Below, in pieces: positions 1-13,642 of a stretch of DNA of 64,000 bases. The DNA is from Octopus vulgaris (lineage: Eukaryota), in NCBI GenBank assembly GCA_951406725.2, contig OX597827.1, positions 33,666,001-33,730,000 of the forward strand. Reading direction: 5' to 3'. The notes under the pieces are model-generated. The model was not told the DNA's origin. It searched no databases and saw only the letters and a program-made list of their open reading frames with translations. Position numbers and translations under genes: made by a program. Positions within the stretch are counted from its first letter, which is position 1. Each line of letters starts with the position of its first letter.

Positions 1-310
1 TGGAGTAAAATGTATCATGATACATCCAAACAATTTGAGTAGAAGAAAAAGAACAATAGAATTGTATTCTGCAATCAACAGACACACTAGCCCAATCCCA
101 AGCAAAATCAAAATCATCAATGTCCCCACTGTGACTTCATAGCAAAATCATTACCTGGACTGAAATTACATTCATGCATCCATTGCAAATAGATGTAGTT
201 TCTTAATTTTTTGTTTTTTTGCTTTCTTTCTATTTTCCTTTTTAAGTCCTCTCTTCTAACACTATATGTCAAAACCAATGGGAGTGACCATCATCATCAT
301 CATCATCATT

Positions 311-1115
<805 letters not shown>

Positions 1116-2805
1116 TGGTAGGATTAATCTACCATCCTGTTTAATACCACCAAGCATTAGGGCCAGGCCTCCAATTCGAGAATAGTTTACTCCTACCAGT
1201 TTTAGAGGCCTTGATTAAACTGAATAATGAAAACTCTCCTTCCTTGATTGGCTACAAAAATTAAAGGCTTGCTCGTTTTTCATAGAAGTTATTAGTTTAT
1301 TTTTGATTAATCATAAATGTACTATATTTTAGGGAGCGAAATTGAAGTTGTAGTATTTTGTCAGGGACGTTAATATGAATGTTATCAGGGGGTACCAAAT
1401 TCCTTTCGGGTTCCTTTCCTAAAATCTAAATCTTGGTCTTAAATAAAGGCCAACATTTTCTAAAACCCCACTAAATTTCCGGACAATATACTCCACATTA
1501 TAGACCTAGAATGAACGTTATAACTTTTAGAATTCTTACTAAAACGTAGATATTACTACTAACATTTGACTATTTCCCTGGCAATACAAAATGAAACCTC
1601 TCCGAACGCAAATTGAAATCATATCTCAGGTTTGCCGTCAGCTAATTTATCTTCCGCTCTAAAGTACTCGCGACGTTCTAGATACACTGATTTCTAACGC
1701 AGACACAAAGCCATACATTTGGGGTACAGAGGGTGGGGGAAATAATCTGTGCAAGCCACCGCAGTACTTGGCTGCTAATTATTCGAGTCAACAACCAAGC
1801 CTTTTTACGTAGTCGCTCGAATTGCTAGAAATAGCCAAATTCTCTCAAATCATACACTCCGACCTAAAAAGGAAATATTGGACAACGTGTCATTGATATT
1901 CAAAAAGACTGGGTAGGCACGATTGGAAAGCCTTTCATCATAGGTCTAAAAACAAATGTACTTTATTTTATCGACCTTGACTAGATTTGAACTCAGGATG
2001 TAAAATGACAATATTTAATTACAAATATTTCGATGCGACGCTTAGTTATTGCTAGCATTCCATACTTCCAAATTTGATTAGCAACGTCTGGACAATTATA
2101 ATAAATCATTATATGATAAATGAATAAAAATGGTAATAGCGGTCGATATTGCCATAAAATGTTAAGAATAAAAATATTTCAATAAAATTAACAACGACAC
2201 ATTATTAACCTAAGTAAAATTATTCAAAGTAAAAATAATATATGATTAATATATTTATTGTAAATTATTGTGAAACTATCTGTGATATATTGCAAAATAA
2301 TAATACGCGAAAGAATTGTAATAGAATTATAAAATGAAGGCGACAAGTAACGGAAATTGGCGGACATTAATACATTAATTATATTTTTATCTTCACATAT
2401 TAAGTAAAATGAATTTACAAGCTTATTTTTAAATACACAAATATGTGCTCTAATTCAATCATAGATAGATTAGTTAATAAAAAATCATATATATCCTATC
2501 TTTTTTTATCAAGTGGCAATCTGTCTCCCGCTACCCATCTTTTTCCCTTCCCCTCTTCTCTCTCATGTATGCAAGCTCTTTCACTTTTCAATATTGATTT
2601 ATTTTTTCATTTTCGTCCCCTTTCTGTCTGCTTTTATTCCCTATTTCTCTCCCTGTCTTTCCTCTGTTTCCCGATCGGAAACATTTCACTACATTTATGT
2701 TACAAATTCATGTCATCTCTCTCTCTCTCTCACTCTCATACACACTCCATCTCGTCCTCTTTGTTTTTAATTCTCTTTCTCTTACACTTTTGTATGCATA
2801 CATAT

Positions 2806-2836
<31 letters not shown>

Positions 2837-3444
2837 CACACATGTATGTGTGTGTATGTACACACACTCATGCAGACATACAAAGAGAGAGAAGGGGAGG
2901 GGAGATTTCTCCCCCCTCGTCATTGTACTTCTGTTTTTCTTTCTCAATTTCTCTTTGCTAATTCTCATTCTTTCTATCTCCCGCCAATAATGGCAACACT
3001 AACGTTCTCTTTTCGTTTACTTTTTTAAATTTTAATTTATCAATATTTTTCTCCGTTTAACAAAGAAATCATGTTGATCTTTGGTTTTAGGTAATTATAT
3101 ATATATATATAAATATATATCTGCAGGGTTGATAGTGAAGCCAAAATTGATGTAATAACTTCAAAAAATTAGGCCGTTTAGCAATTAAAAAGAGAAATAT
3201 GTAAAAATGACATTTAATAAGTGACTTTTAAGTATTTATATATTCGTTTCGCTTACTCGGATATCTACGTCTATTTTTGTATTTGGTTCGCAAATATAAA
3301 GACTAAGAAATTATGAAAATTAATTCCAAAAATCTATAATTATTTTTCTGTTTTTAATTAAAAAAAAAATGTCTAGCACACAAGCAAGATTTAGTTATAT
3401 GAACAGCATGCACATTACAAATATTCAAGTTAAACACTATAGCG

Positions 3445-3670
3445 TTACCGATACCAGCAACTGACAAGAAAGCTGTAGCATTTTGGGCATGGCATCAGGG
3501 CCCAAAACCTCAGCACCCACATCCTAGCGTGAAGTGTCAATGGGGAAAGGGGAATGGATGGATCGAGAAGACGCGGGCTGGACGTCAATGAATAGACCAG
3601 AAGATGCCTGGTGGAATACAGGAATGGATGGCGAGATGATCCTTGACCCTCAACAATAAGGATGGGAATA
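3445..3670 (+). pseudogene. Degraded RTE-type LINE C-terminal fragment
   Basis: Cross-frame translation resembles the RTE tail motif (HFGH..R...LSTHIL..VNG.RG.G..RRR...W). It contains many stops and frameshifts. Confidence 0.45.
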
Positions 3671-3953
3671 AACAAGACAAAATAATTCCCTATTTGTGAC
3701 ATAAAACTCCTTTTTGTCTTTCTCCCTCACTATTTAAGCTATAGGATTTTTTCCAAACACAGAAAACTACCGACTTGTTAGGAACAGTAGTACTTATTAA
3801 ATGTTCTTTTTACTTGTCTTGGTCAATTGACTGTGACCATGCTGGGGCGCTGCCATGGAAGGTTTAGTTGAACTTTTAGACCCCAGGAGTTAAACGTGCG
3901 CGCACACACACACGGGTACATATATATTTACAGGAAGTTAATTAAATGGCCAA

Positions 3954-4017
3954 TAGAATGACCAATGGTTTCGCATCCATAAAGCACTTAGCCTTATATA
4001 TCATTCATCAGACTCTA
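3954..4017 (-). ncRNA. Type I hammerhead ribozyme motif (minimal, Penelope-like)
   Basis: Minus strand reads TAGAGT-CTGATGA-AT-gatatataaggc/taagt/gctttatggatgc-GAAA-CCATTGG-TC-ATTCTA. This gives a 6-bp stem I, canonical core boxes, a short near-palindromic stem III and a GUC triplet. Stem II is imperfect at its base. Confidence 0.7.
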
Positions 4018-4121
4018 ATGACTGCAAACATATAAACCTCTCTTCAAACTGGAGATAGAAAACCGTTATGGTCAGTTAAGCCTATTTAAAAACAAAATCG
4101 CACAATTAAATTAAGGCTTAA

Positions 4122-4343
4122 CCCTCTAGCATTTAAACTGGTTGAATCCAGCCAAAATAGTATCTATGTTTTATGTTCCAACTGGACAGATGCTGCCTCT
4201 GACACCTACACTACAATGTTAGTCTAAAAAAATATATGGTCACATCACTGAAATATCTAAGCTACAAGATAATCTAGGATAGATTCAAATCAATGTGAAT
4301 AAATAAGCATTACATTTGACAGAATAATCTGAACGCTAAAGGG
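4122..4343. mobile_element. piggyBac-like MITE
   Basis: TTAA at 4118-4121 and 4344-4347. Ends are CCCTCTAGCATT ... AACGCTAAAGGG (10/12 inverted match). A related partial copy ends at 19931 followed by TTAA. Confidence 0.8.
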
Positions 4344-4405
4344 TTAAACCCTTATTGTTGTGATAAAGTGTTTTGTTGCCTGCTGGATGAGTTGGATCAG
4401 TAATA

Positions 4406-4601
4406 TCGGTTTCAAATTTTGGCACAAGTCCAGCGATTTTGGAAGAGGGGATAAGTCGATTACATCGACTGGTATTTATCAACCCCGAAAGGACGAAGGG
4501 CAAAGTTGACCTCAGCAGCATTTAAACTCAGAATGCAAAGAAGGATGAAATGCTGCTAAGCATTTTGCTTGGCATGTTAACGATTCTGCCAGCTCACCAC
4601 C
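4406..4601 (-). mobile_element. SINE family B copy
   Basis: Reverse complement of the family B core (CCCCGAAAGGACGAAGGGCAAAGTTGAC...AACTCAGAATG). Confidence 0.8.
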
Positions 4602-5094
4602 CCTTTGGATCAGTAATATTGGTGAAAAGAAAATAGAAGATAACAACAGCAATGTATATCTTATTGAATTTAGTATGCTACCTGAATAATCTGGGTTCAA
4701 ATATTAGCAAGATTCCACAGGGATCTGTTTAGTCTTTCATTCCAATAAACTCAGTAAAATAAGTATCAGTTATTGTATAAATATGGCCAAACAAAAAATT
4801 GTGGTTTCTCCATTGGTATGAACAGTAAGTTCTCAGTGGTTTAACCAACTGAATGCTTCTAAAATGATTGTGTAAGTCGCTGAGTATTCCACAGTATAAG
4901 TGTATCAATGGGAATGTTTGTTATGGGTGATCTAAACTCATTTCTCCACTTAGCTATATCTCAATTCTTTTCACATTTTAAGTAACATAAAATATAGAAA
5001 TAAACTTTTTCTTTAAATCAAAATTGAGAAATATTGGCAATTGATCTTTAACCAACCCTACCTTCTGTAGGACAATGTTACACGAAATAATTTT

Positions 5095-5480
5095 TTCTTT
5101 CAGTTGTGAGACTGTGGCCATGCTGGAGCACTGCCTTGAAGAATTTTTAGTCGAATGAATCTACCCCAGTGCTTTTTTATGCCTGGTACTTATTCTATCA
5201 GCCTCTTTTGCCAAACCACTAAGTTATGGGGAAGTAAACACACCAACATCGGTTGTCTAGTGGTGGTGGGGAATAAACACAGACACAAAGATACACACAC
5301 ACATATATACATAGAACAGGCTTCTTTCAGTTTCCGTCTATCAAATATATCACAAAGCTTTGGTTGGCTCAATGCTATAATAGTAGACACTTGCTCAAGG
5401 AGTCGCACAGTGGGACTGAATCCAGAACCATGTGGTTGGGAAGCAAGCTTCTTAGCACATAACTATGCCTGCACCTATAT
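5095..5480 (-). mobile_element. SINE family A copy (tRNA head, central CA/TA microsatellite)
   Basis: Reverse complement of the family A consensus (GACTGTGGCCATGCTGGAGCAC ... TTCTTTCAGTTTCCGTCTA ... GTGGGACTGAA). Confidence 0.85.
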
Positions 5481-5842
5481 TCACACAGCTACTTCTTGCT
5501 AATGTTCAATTTGTAATTGAGACCTTACTTGTAAGTGCATGAAATTTTATATAAGGACTTATTAATAAAAAAACCAAGCTGGAAGCTTAGTTTTTCAAGA
5601 AAAACAAAATGACAGTAAATTCTACCTTCATAACCATACCATTTAATCTTTTATGTTTTTTAGTCATTAGATAGTGGCCATACTGGAACAGTACCTTGAA
5701 GGAATTGGGGAAACAAATCAAGTCTTGTATTTATTTTTAAGCCCCACATTAATTGTCAGTCCCTTAAAAGCCATTAAATTGTGGACATGAACAAACCAAC
5801 ACAGGTTGTCAAGCGGTGGTGGGGGCAAACACAAACACACAC

Positions 5843-6750
5843 ATCATCATTATCATTTAATGTCTGTTTTCCATGCTGGCATGGGTTGGACAGTTTGACT
5901 GAAAACTGGTAAGCTGCACAAGGTTCCAATGTAATTTGGTATGGTTTCTACTGCTAGATGCCCTTCCTAATGCTAACCACTCTGAGAGTGTAGTGGGTGC
6001 CTTTCACATGTCGCTGGCATGGGTACCAGTTATAAAGAACTGGCACCAGCCACAATTACGATCTCACTAGGCTTGGCAGGTCTTCTCAAGCACAGTATAT
6101 TGCCAAAGGTCTTGGTCACTTGTCACTGCCTTCACGAGGCCCAAAGTTCAAAGGGTGTTGGTTATGCACCACTGGCATTGGCCATGATTATCATCAACAT
6201 TTAACATGTTTTCATGCTGGCATAGGCTAGATGGCTTGACAGGAACTGGCAAGGCCAGGTGCCACACCAGGTTCTGTTTAAGCTTCATTTCTATAGCTGA
6301 ATGCTCTTACAGTCTACACAGTGTACCAGGTGCTTTTTACATTGCACCAGTACCCACACCAATGTTTTTTATGTGGCACCTTGGTTTTAGGATCTCAATT
6401 CTGTTGTGGTGGATGGGTCTTCTCGTGTACAGCAATGCACTACATATCTTGGTCTTCTGTCATCTTTTTTGTAAGATTCAGCATTTTAAGATCAACCTTC
6501 AATACTCCATCCCATGTCTTTCTGGGTCTCCCTCTTTCACAACTTCCCTCCACTTTAACTGATCAGCACTTCTTTATGCAACTGACCTCATCCATCCACA
6601 TCACACGACCAAACCAGTAGTCTCCTTTCTTGCACCCTGCATATAATTCCTCTTATGCCCAAATTCTCTCTCAATACACTAATGCTCCATTGCACATGTA
6701 CACTGACATCACACATTCAGCAGAGCATAGCAACTTCATTCCTCTCATAC
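5843..6750 (-). mobile_element. RTE LINE 3' fragments (coding remnant, 3' UTR and (GAT)n tails)
   Basis: 6450-6750 on minus translates to an ERNE..M..MC.VSVH...S..LRE.L.IR...VQERRL..GRPRKTWD-like sequence matching the 61098 ORF. 5843-6010 matches the RTE 3' UTR and ends in CATCATCAT on plus. Confidence 0.8.
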
Positions 6751-6810
6751 ATAGAAACTAGAATCCAGAGGGAACTAATGATATATACAACTATGATGAA
6801 CAACTCTCTC

Positions 6811-8003
6811 TCTTTTACTCTTTTACTTCTTTCAGTCATTTGACTGTGGCCATGCTGGAGCACTGCCTTTAGTCGAGCAAATCAACCCAGGACTTATTCT
6901 TTGTAAGCCTAATACTTAGTCTATTGGTCTTTTTTTGCCGAACAGCTAAGTTACGGGACGTAAACACACCAGCATCGGTTGTCAAGTGATGTTGGGGGGG
7001 ACAAACATAGACACACAAACATACATAGACACACACACATACATATATATATATATACATATATACGACAGGCTTCTTTCAGTTTCCGTCTACCAAATCC
7101 ACTCACAAGGCTTTAGTAGAAGACACTTGCCCGAGGTGCCACGTAGTGGGACTGAACCCGGAACCATGTGGTTGCTAAGCAAGCTACTTACCACACAGCC
7201 ACTCCTACGCCTCTTTTACTCTTTTACTTGTTTCAGTCATTTGACTGCGGCCATGCTGGAGCACCGCCTTTAATCGAGCAACTCAACCCCGGGACTTATT
7301 CTTTTGTAAGCCCAGTACTTATTCTATTGGTCTCTTTTGCCGAACCGCTAAGTAACGGGGACATAAACACACCAGCATCAGTTGTCAAGCAATGCTAGGG
7401 GGACAAACACAGACACACAAACACACACATGCATATATATATATATACATATATACGACAGGCTTCTTTCAGTTTCCGTCTACCAAATCCACTCACAAGG
7501 CTTTAGTAGAAGACACTTGCCCAAGGTGCCACGTAGTGGGACTGAACCCGGAACCATGTGGTTGCTAAGCAAGCTACTTACCACACAGCCACTCCTACGC
7601 CTCTTTTACTCTTTTACTTGTTTCAGTCATTTGACTGCGGCCATGCTGGAGCACCGCCTTTAATCGAGCAACTCAACCCCGGGACTTATTCCTTTTGTTA
7701 GCCCAGTACTTATTCTATTGGTCTCTTTTGCCGAACCGCTAAGTAACGGGGACATAAACACACCAGCATCGGTTGTCAAGCAATGCTAGGGGGACAAACA
7801 CAGACACACAAACACACACATGCATATATATATATATACATATATACAACGGGCTTCTTTCAGTTTCCGTCTACCAAATCCACTCACAAGGCTTTGGTCG
7901 GCCTGAGGCTATAGTAGAAGACACTTGCCCAAGGTGCCACGCAGTGGGAATGAACTTGGAACCATGTGGTTGGTAAGCATACTACTTACCACACAGCCAC
8001 TCC
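6811..8003 (-). mobile_element. Three head-to-tail SINE family A copies (about 390-bp period)
   Basis: Units at about 6811-7210, 7211-7600 and 7601-8003. On plus each runs from CTCTTTTACT...TCAGTCATTTGACTG to ACCACACAGCCACTCC. Confidence 0.92.
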
Positions 8004-8379
8004 AGTTATAAAATAAATTTCTGAAAGAGAGTTTGAAAATTTCAGGCTGAGTTTTTTTTTTCCTTCATGAAAGGTGAGTTTGTTTGCCTTGATAAGAAAG
8101 GGAATCTAGTATTTTGTGGCCCTTCATAGTCCATGAATTTCAGGAACAATATTACTGAAAATCTCAGTATTCTATTGGAAATTTCTCTCAGTTCTAATAT
8201 CTCTAACAATTATCTGGATAAAAATTTCATGTACCTTTTATAATTTCTATGGTGGGCTTCACTATTAATTAGTTTAGTTAAACTATAGGCAAGGTCTCAA
8301 TTACAAAATGAATGTTAGCGAGAGAAATTACCAATAAATGGTTCATGTAATAATGACCCACAGAAGATTTCTGATTTCT

Positions 8380-8785
8380 CTCTTTTACTTGTTTCACTCA
8401 TTTGACTGTGGCCATGCTGGAGCACTGCCTTTAGTCAAGCAAATCGACCCCAGGACTTATCTTTGTAAGCCTAGTACGTATTCTATTGGTCTCTTTTGCT
8501 GAACTGCTAAGTTATGGGGACGTAAACATACCAGCATCGGTTGTCAAGCGATGTTGGGGGGGGGACAAACACAGACACATAAACATACACACACATGATG
8601 GGCTTCTTTCAGTTTCCATCTACCAAATCCACTCACAAGGCTTTGGTTGACCCGAGGCTATAGTTGAAGACACTTGCTCAAGGTGCCAATGCAGTGGGAC
8701 TGAACCAAGAACCATGTGGTTGGTAAGCAAGCTACTTACCACACAGCCACTCCTTTGCCTATGCACACAGCCACTCCTATGCCTA
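8380..8785 (-). mobile_element. SINE family A copy
   Basis: Full-length match to the copies at 6811-8003. Confidence 0.88.
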
Positions 8786-10574
8786 TTAAAAAAAAACAAA
8801 AAAAAAAACAAGAAGCTAATCACACTTAATAACTGAATGAAACAATTATGGTCATAATGAACCTTCAGTCTTCTGGTTTGATATATATACATGTGTGTAT
8901 GACATAATATCCAATCAAACTCAGAATAAATTAGGCACTGCCAAAGTCTTGGTCTTTATAAATTCATAGATTTAGTTACTTTTCTCTTTGCTGAATTTAG
9001 TCTTGTGGTCTGTGACTATGCTGGAGCACTATTCTGAAAGGCTTTAGTTGAATACTTGACTACATACATTACTTGGGTATGTATTTCAGCAATCCCACAA
9101 AGTCTGAAATGCAAGAATGTTGAAATAAGGGGAGATAACTCAATCGAGCATAACTGGTTTAAATGTACCAGATCACCTCCACACTGAATATATATATACA
9201 TATATATAAATAGCTAATTTTAAAATCTCTGAATGAAATCTAAGTAGTAACGATATTGTAGAGTAAAGTTTATTTGCCAATGTAAAGTGGCCATCCTACG
9301 TAGAACTGTTACTACCTTTTAACCTCAGGAAAACACCTTTTCCAGCTGGCTATCAACACATTATCTGTGTCTGAAATATACTGTGAGCAGTATATATATA
9401 TGTGTATACACAATAGACTTGCTTGCCATCTTTGTCTTCAAAGTTCCATTCACAATGTTGCTATCAAAGGTACTTGCCCAAAATGCTATGCAGTATTATA
9501 AAAGCAAAGACTGTTGTTGCACAGGTAACTTCTTCACCAACTTGCCTGTACCTGTAATATTATTATACCAGCAGTACCTGCGGAAATTCCAGTTATTTTG
9601 AAAATTCTATGATGAAATTGTATAGTTTTCTGAAACTGTTGATTCTTGAGATGTAAAAATTCAGACAGAGTTTTGAAGGGACAATCAATCAATTTAACTA
9701 ATCTTTCTGTTTATCAATCTATCCATCCTTCTATTTATCTATCATATTCTTACATTTCTGTCGACTGTGTATTTGTCTACAATAAAACTATGAACAAACA
9801 TCTAAAACAAATAACTAAAAAAGCCTAAATAATTACTGCCCCAGGCTTTGGGCTGCTACACATAAAAAGGTAAAAGTAAAATCTGCAGCTATTTGCTACG
9901 GTTACTTCACTTTGATATAACTGTGTTGATATATCTAGCCATCAGTCTTTTTATCTTCTATCTGTCCACTGAGATACATCGATGGATTGAAGATTTAGAA
10001 ACAGTTGAACATTAAAACCTTTAATAACTTAAGTTAATTTTTATTGTCTGTCACAATATTTTATTATGTTTAAAATCACGTAACTGTTCTCCAATTCTGC
10101 ATTTCTTTCAGTCAACACTTACTCATTCACTCCCACTTTTCCTCAAACTTCAGCTATAACCAAATACCCTTGCACATAACATATTTATCTCTCTTTCTCT
10201 TTACCTCTTCCTTGAACCAACCATACAATATAACATCAATACCTTTCTCTAACCTCTCAACACTGACGCTCTCTCTTTTTGTTTCTCTCTTGAACCACTT
10301 GACATCTTAGCATAATAACTATTACCTCCCCCACTATCTCATGTGAACACTTCTCTCTTTCGCTTCACCACTCCCTTCAGCTAACCACATGACAATATCA
10401 TGCATTGCAATTAGTGACCAATAGCAACAAGACCACAAGCTTCCTATGAGCCTAACACATATTCAACATATTTTGGCAAGGGTGCTGAAGCTTTTCAATG
10501 GAAATCCACTCAATAAAACTGAAAGTAAATGTAAGTCAACTTCATCAAAATTGTGAGAAATCTTTTTTCTCCTC

Positions 10575-10778
10575 TAGGCATAACGCCTGAAATTTTGGAG
10601 GAGAGGGGCAGTCGATTAGATCGACCCCAGTGTGCAACTGGTACTTAATTTATTGACCCCGAAAGGATGAAAAGCAAAGTCGACCTTGGCGGAATTTGAA
10701 CTCAGAATGTAAAGATAGACAAAATACCACTAAGCATTTCGCCCGGCATGCTAATGTTTCTGCCAGCTTGCTGCCTTC
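10575..10778 (-). mobile_element. SINE family B copy
   Basis: GACCCCGAAAGGATGAAAAGCAAAGTCGACCTTGGCGGAATTTGAACTCAGAA. Confidence 0.85.
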
Positions 10779-11439
10779 AAAATTGTGAGAAATCTGCCAG
10801 ATATACTTGGTTTTCTTTAAAAGCTTAACTCCCAAATTATATTTTTAAAAAAAATGATAAAAGAAGTTTACTTTCAAAACGTGTGAACTCAGCTTCAGTT
10901 ACAGAGTGCAATGCCTTAGGCAGATCTTCTAGCCTTGGGTCAACAAAAGGCTTGTGAAAGGATTGGGGAGACGGAAACTGAAAGATGCCTGTTGTGTGTG
11001 TATATATATATCATCATCATCATTTAACATCTGCCTTCCATGCTGGCATGGTTAAGACACATATGTGTATATGTTTATGTATACCCTCGTCTTGACTTCA
11101 TGTGATGGCTAGAAATGAGCATCATCAATATTGTTGTTCCATTCCACTCTTCCATGAAAAATGTCAGGCTGTAGAAAATCTGCCTCATAAAAGTTCCTTG
11201 TGACCCACGCAAGCATGGAAAAGAGGACATTAAATGATGATGATATATATTATCCACTGCTAAAGATAAAATGAATTAGCTTTCATGGAATTGTCCATTT
11301 AATCTGAATGTCACAATTACCACAGAAGGTATATTTTTAAAATTCAAATACAGTAGTTTTTTTCCTCAGTTTTCATGCTGATGTGTATGTCTTTTAATGG
11401 GCACACATTTGTGAGATACATACACACACACACACACAA

Positions 11440-11660
11440 AGGTATGTGGCTTGGTGGTTAGGGTATTCAACTCACAATTGTAAGGTCATCAGTTCAATTC
11501 CTGACAGTGTGTTGTGTCCTTGAGCAAAACACTTTATTTCCTGTTGCTCCAGTCTACTCAGCTAGCAAAAAGTTGTACCAGTTGTTCAAAGGGCAAGCCT
11601 TGTCATATTCTGTGTCACACTGAATCTCCTTGAGAATTACATTAAGTTGTACACGTATCA
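11440..11660 (+). mobile_element. Third tRNA-derived SINE family (CORE/V-domain-like)
   Basis: A-box-like TGGCTTGGTGGTTAG and B-box-like AGTTCAATTCC, followed by GTGTCCTTGAGCAAAACACT. Confidence 0.6.
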
Positions 11661-13642
11661 TAATTGATGGAGTGCCAGCTTTTCTTCATACACACTCATA
11701 CATATGCCCAAGGTGTCATCTAGTAAGATCAAACTCAGAATAATGTAAACACCTTAATCACAGTCACATTTGCTTTAACAATTCACATCTGTTGGATTGT
11801 ATTGCCGAGTTTCACAAATATTTTAATTTCTTTTTCTTTTATGCAAATTGAATTATTTATTGTTTAATCTGTTTGTCATTTGACTGCGGCCATGCTGGAG
11901 CAACCCCAACCCCAGGATTTACTGTAAGCCTAGTAATTATTCAACCAGATCGACCCCAAAACTTATTATTTTTAAAATCTGGTACTTATTCTTCTGGTGT
12001 CTTTTCTTGAACTGCTGGTATGTGGCTATAACAAACCAACACCAGTTGTTAAGCAGTGGTAGTGGGGGACAAGATCAAATACACATATGATGAGCTTCCA
12101 CACAGTTTCCATCAACCATATCCTCTCACGAGGTATTGCTCAGTCCAGGGTTAGAGTAGAAGGCACTATTGCAACCACATGGTTGCAATATGAGTTTCTT
12201 AAACACATCTATACTCATGACTTATACTAACAAAATTTTCTAATAAAAGCACAATAAGCTCCCATTGCAAATGGATGTCTATAGTTAAGTTGACCCAAAC
12301 AGATCACTGGTACTTAATTTAATCAACTCAGATAAAATGAAAAGCAAAGTCAACTCTAGCAAGATTTGAACTCAGAATGTTGATTTGTAAATTCGGCAAT
12401 TGTATCATTTCTGGCTTAAGTACAAGACCAAATTTAAGACAAGGAGTCAGTTGATTACACTAGCCCTCAGTACTTAACTATATTAACCTCCAAAGAATGA
12501 ATGAGAAAACTGACCCCGGAAAGCTGTGTGGGAAGTCATTTGCTTCCCACATTCAGTCCTACTTTGTGGTACCTTGAGTATGTGTCTTCTACTATAGCTC
12601 CAGGCTGACCAAACCCTTGTGATTGGATTTGGAAGACTGAAAGAAGCCCATTGTATGTGTGTTCCCCCAACCACTACCTGACAACCAGTGTTGATTTGTT
12701 TATATCCCATATAACTGAACAGTTCAGCAAAAGAGACAGATAGAATAAGTATGAGGCTTACAAAAATAAGTACTGGGGTCAATTTTCTCAACTAAACCCT
12801 GTTGCTGCAGTCCACTGACTGAAACAAGTAAAAGAAAAAGCTGGAACAAAAATCACAAAGCATTTTGTCAGATGCTCTAACGATTTTGCCAAAATTATGA
12901 TAATTATTTTTAATTTAGGATTAACTTTTGGGAAGGAGTTTTGTTGGTTATGTTGATCACAGTATTTGACTGATACATTATTTTATCAATCCCAAAGGGA
13001 TGAAAGGCAAAACTCACCTTGACTGGATTTGAACTCAAATAATAACAAGCACAATAAAAAGAGACATTATTAGAATAAAAAAAGAACAAGTCATTCAAAA
13101 TATCAGTTTTTGTTTATGTTTTCTTTTAGTTTTTTTTTTGTTATTGTTTAACCTTCTCCACCAACTCCTCTTCCTTCTCCTTCAAAGTTACCTTGTATGT
13201 GTGTGTGTGTGTGTGTGTGTATGTGCATTGGTTTCTTTTCTTTGGTTTGTTCTGGCGGCATAGAACATTCAGTGTGTAATATTGTCCTTGATACAGAGGA
13301 TGGGGTGGAGAAAAGTGAAACTGAAAGGGAAAAAAGAGATTAAGTAAAAGTTAATGAGAGAAAGGATTAGAGGTGGGAGAAGGTGGAGATATAGTTGAAC
13401 AATCATCATCGCCATCACCATCACTATCATCATCACTGTAGAACAAGAGGAGGAGGAAATCATGGAAAAAAATATAAAACAAAAAATAAACAATAAAAAA
13501 AGTCAACTAAATTTGACCAGTGGACAGCAATGGCCCAAATGGCTGAAATGTTCATTGCTTTTTTGTTGATTCCCCCTCCACCTCCAATTAAGCTGACCAG
13601 CTACAACCAATTCCCCAGGATACATTTCTGTTCTCGACAGGG

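Noticed and set aside
2443-3028. Overlapping ORFs of 60-172 aa
   Set aside because: CT/CA/TA low-complexity sequence that lacks stops by composition. The same applies to 28318-28856, 47877-48226, 52112-52544 and 55495-56152.
6869-7976. Repeated ORFs (DRLLSVSVYQIHSQGF...)
   Set aside because: These are translations of SINE family A, not a gene family.
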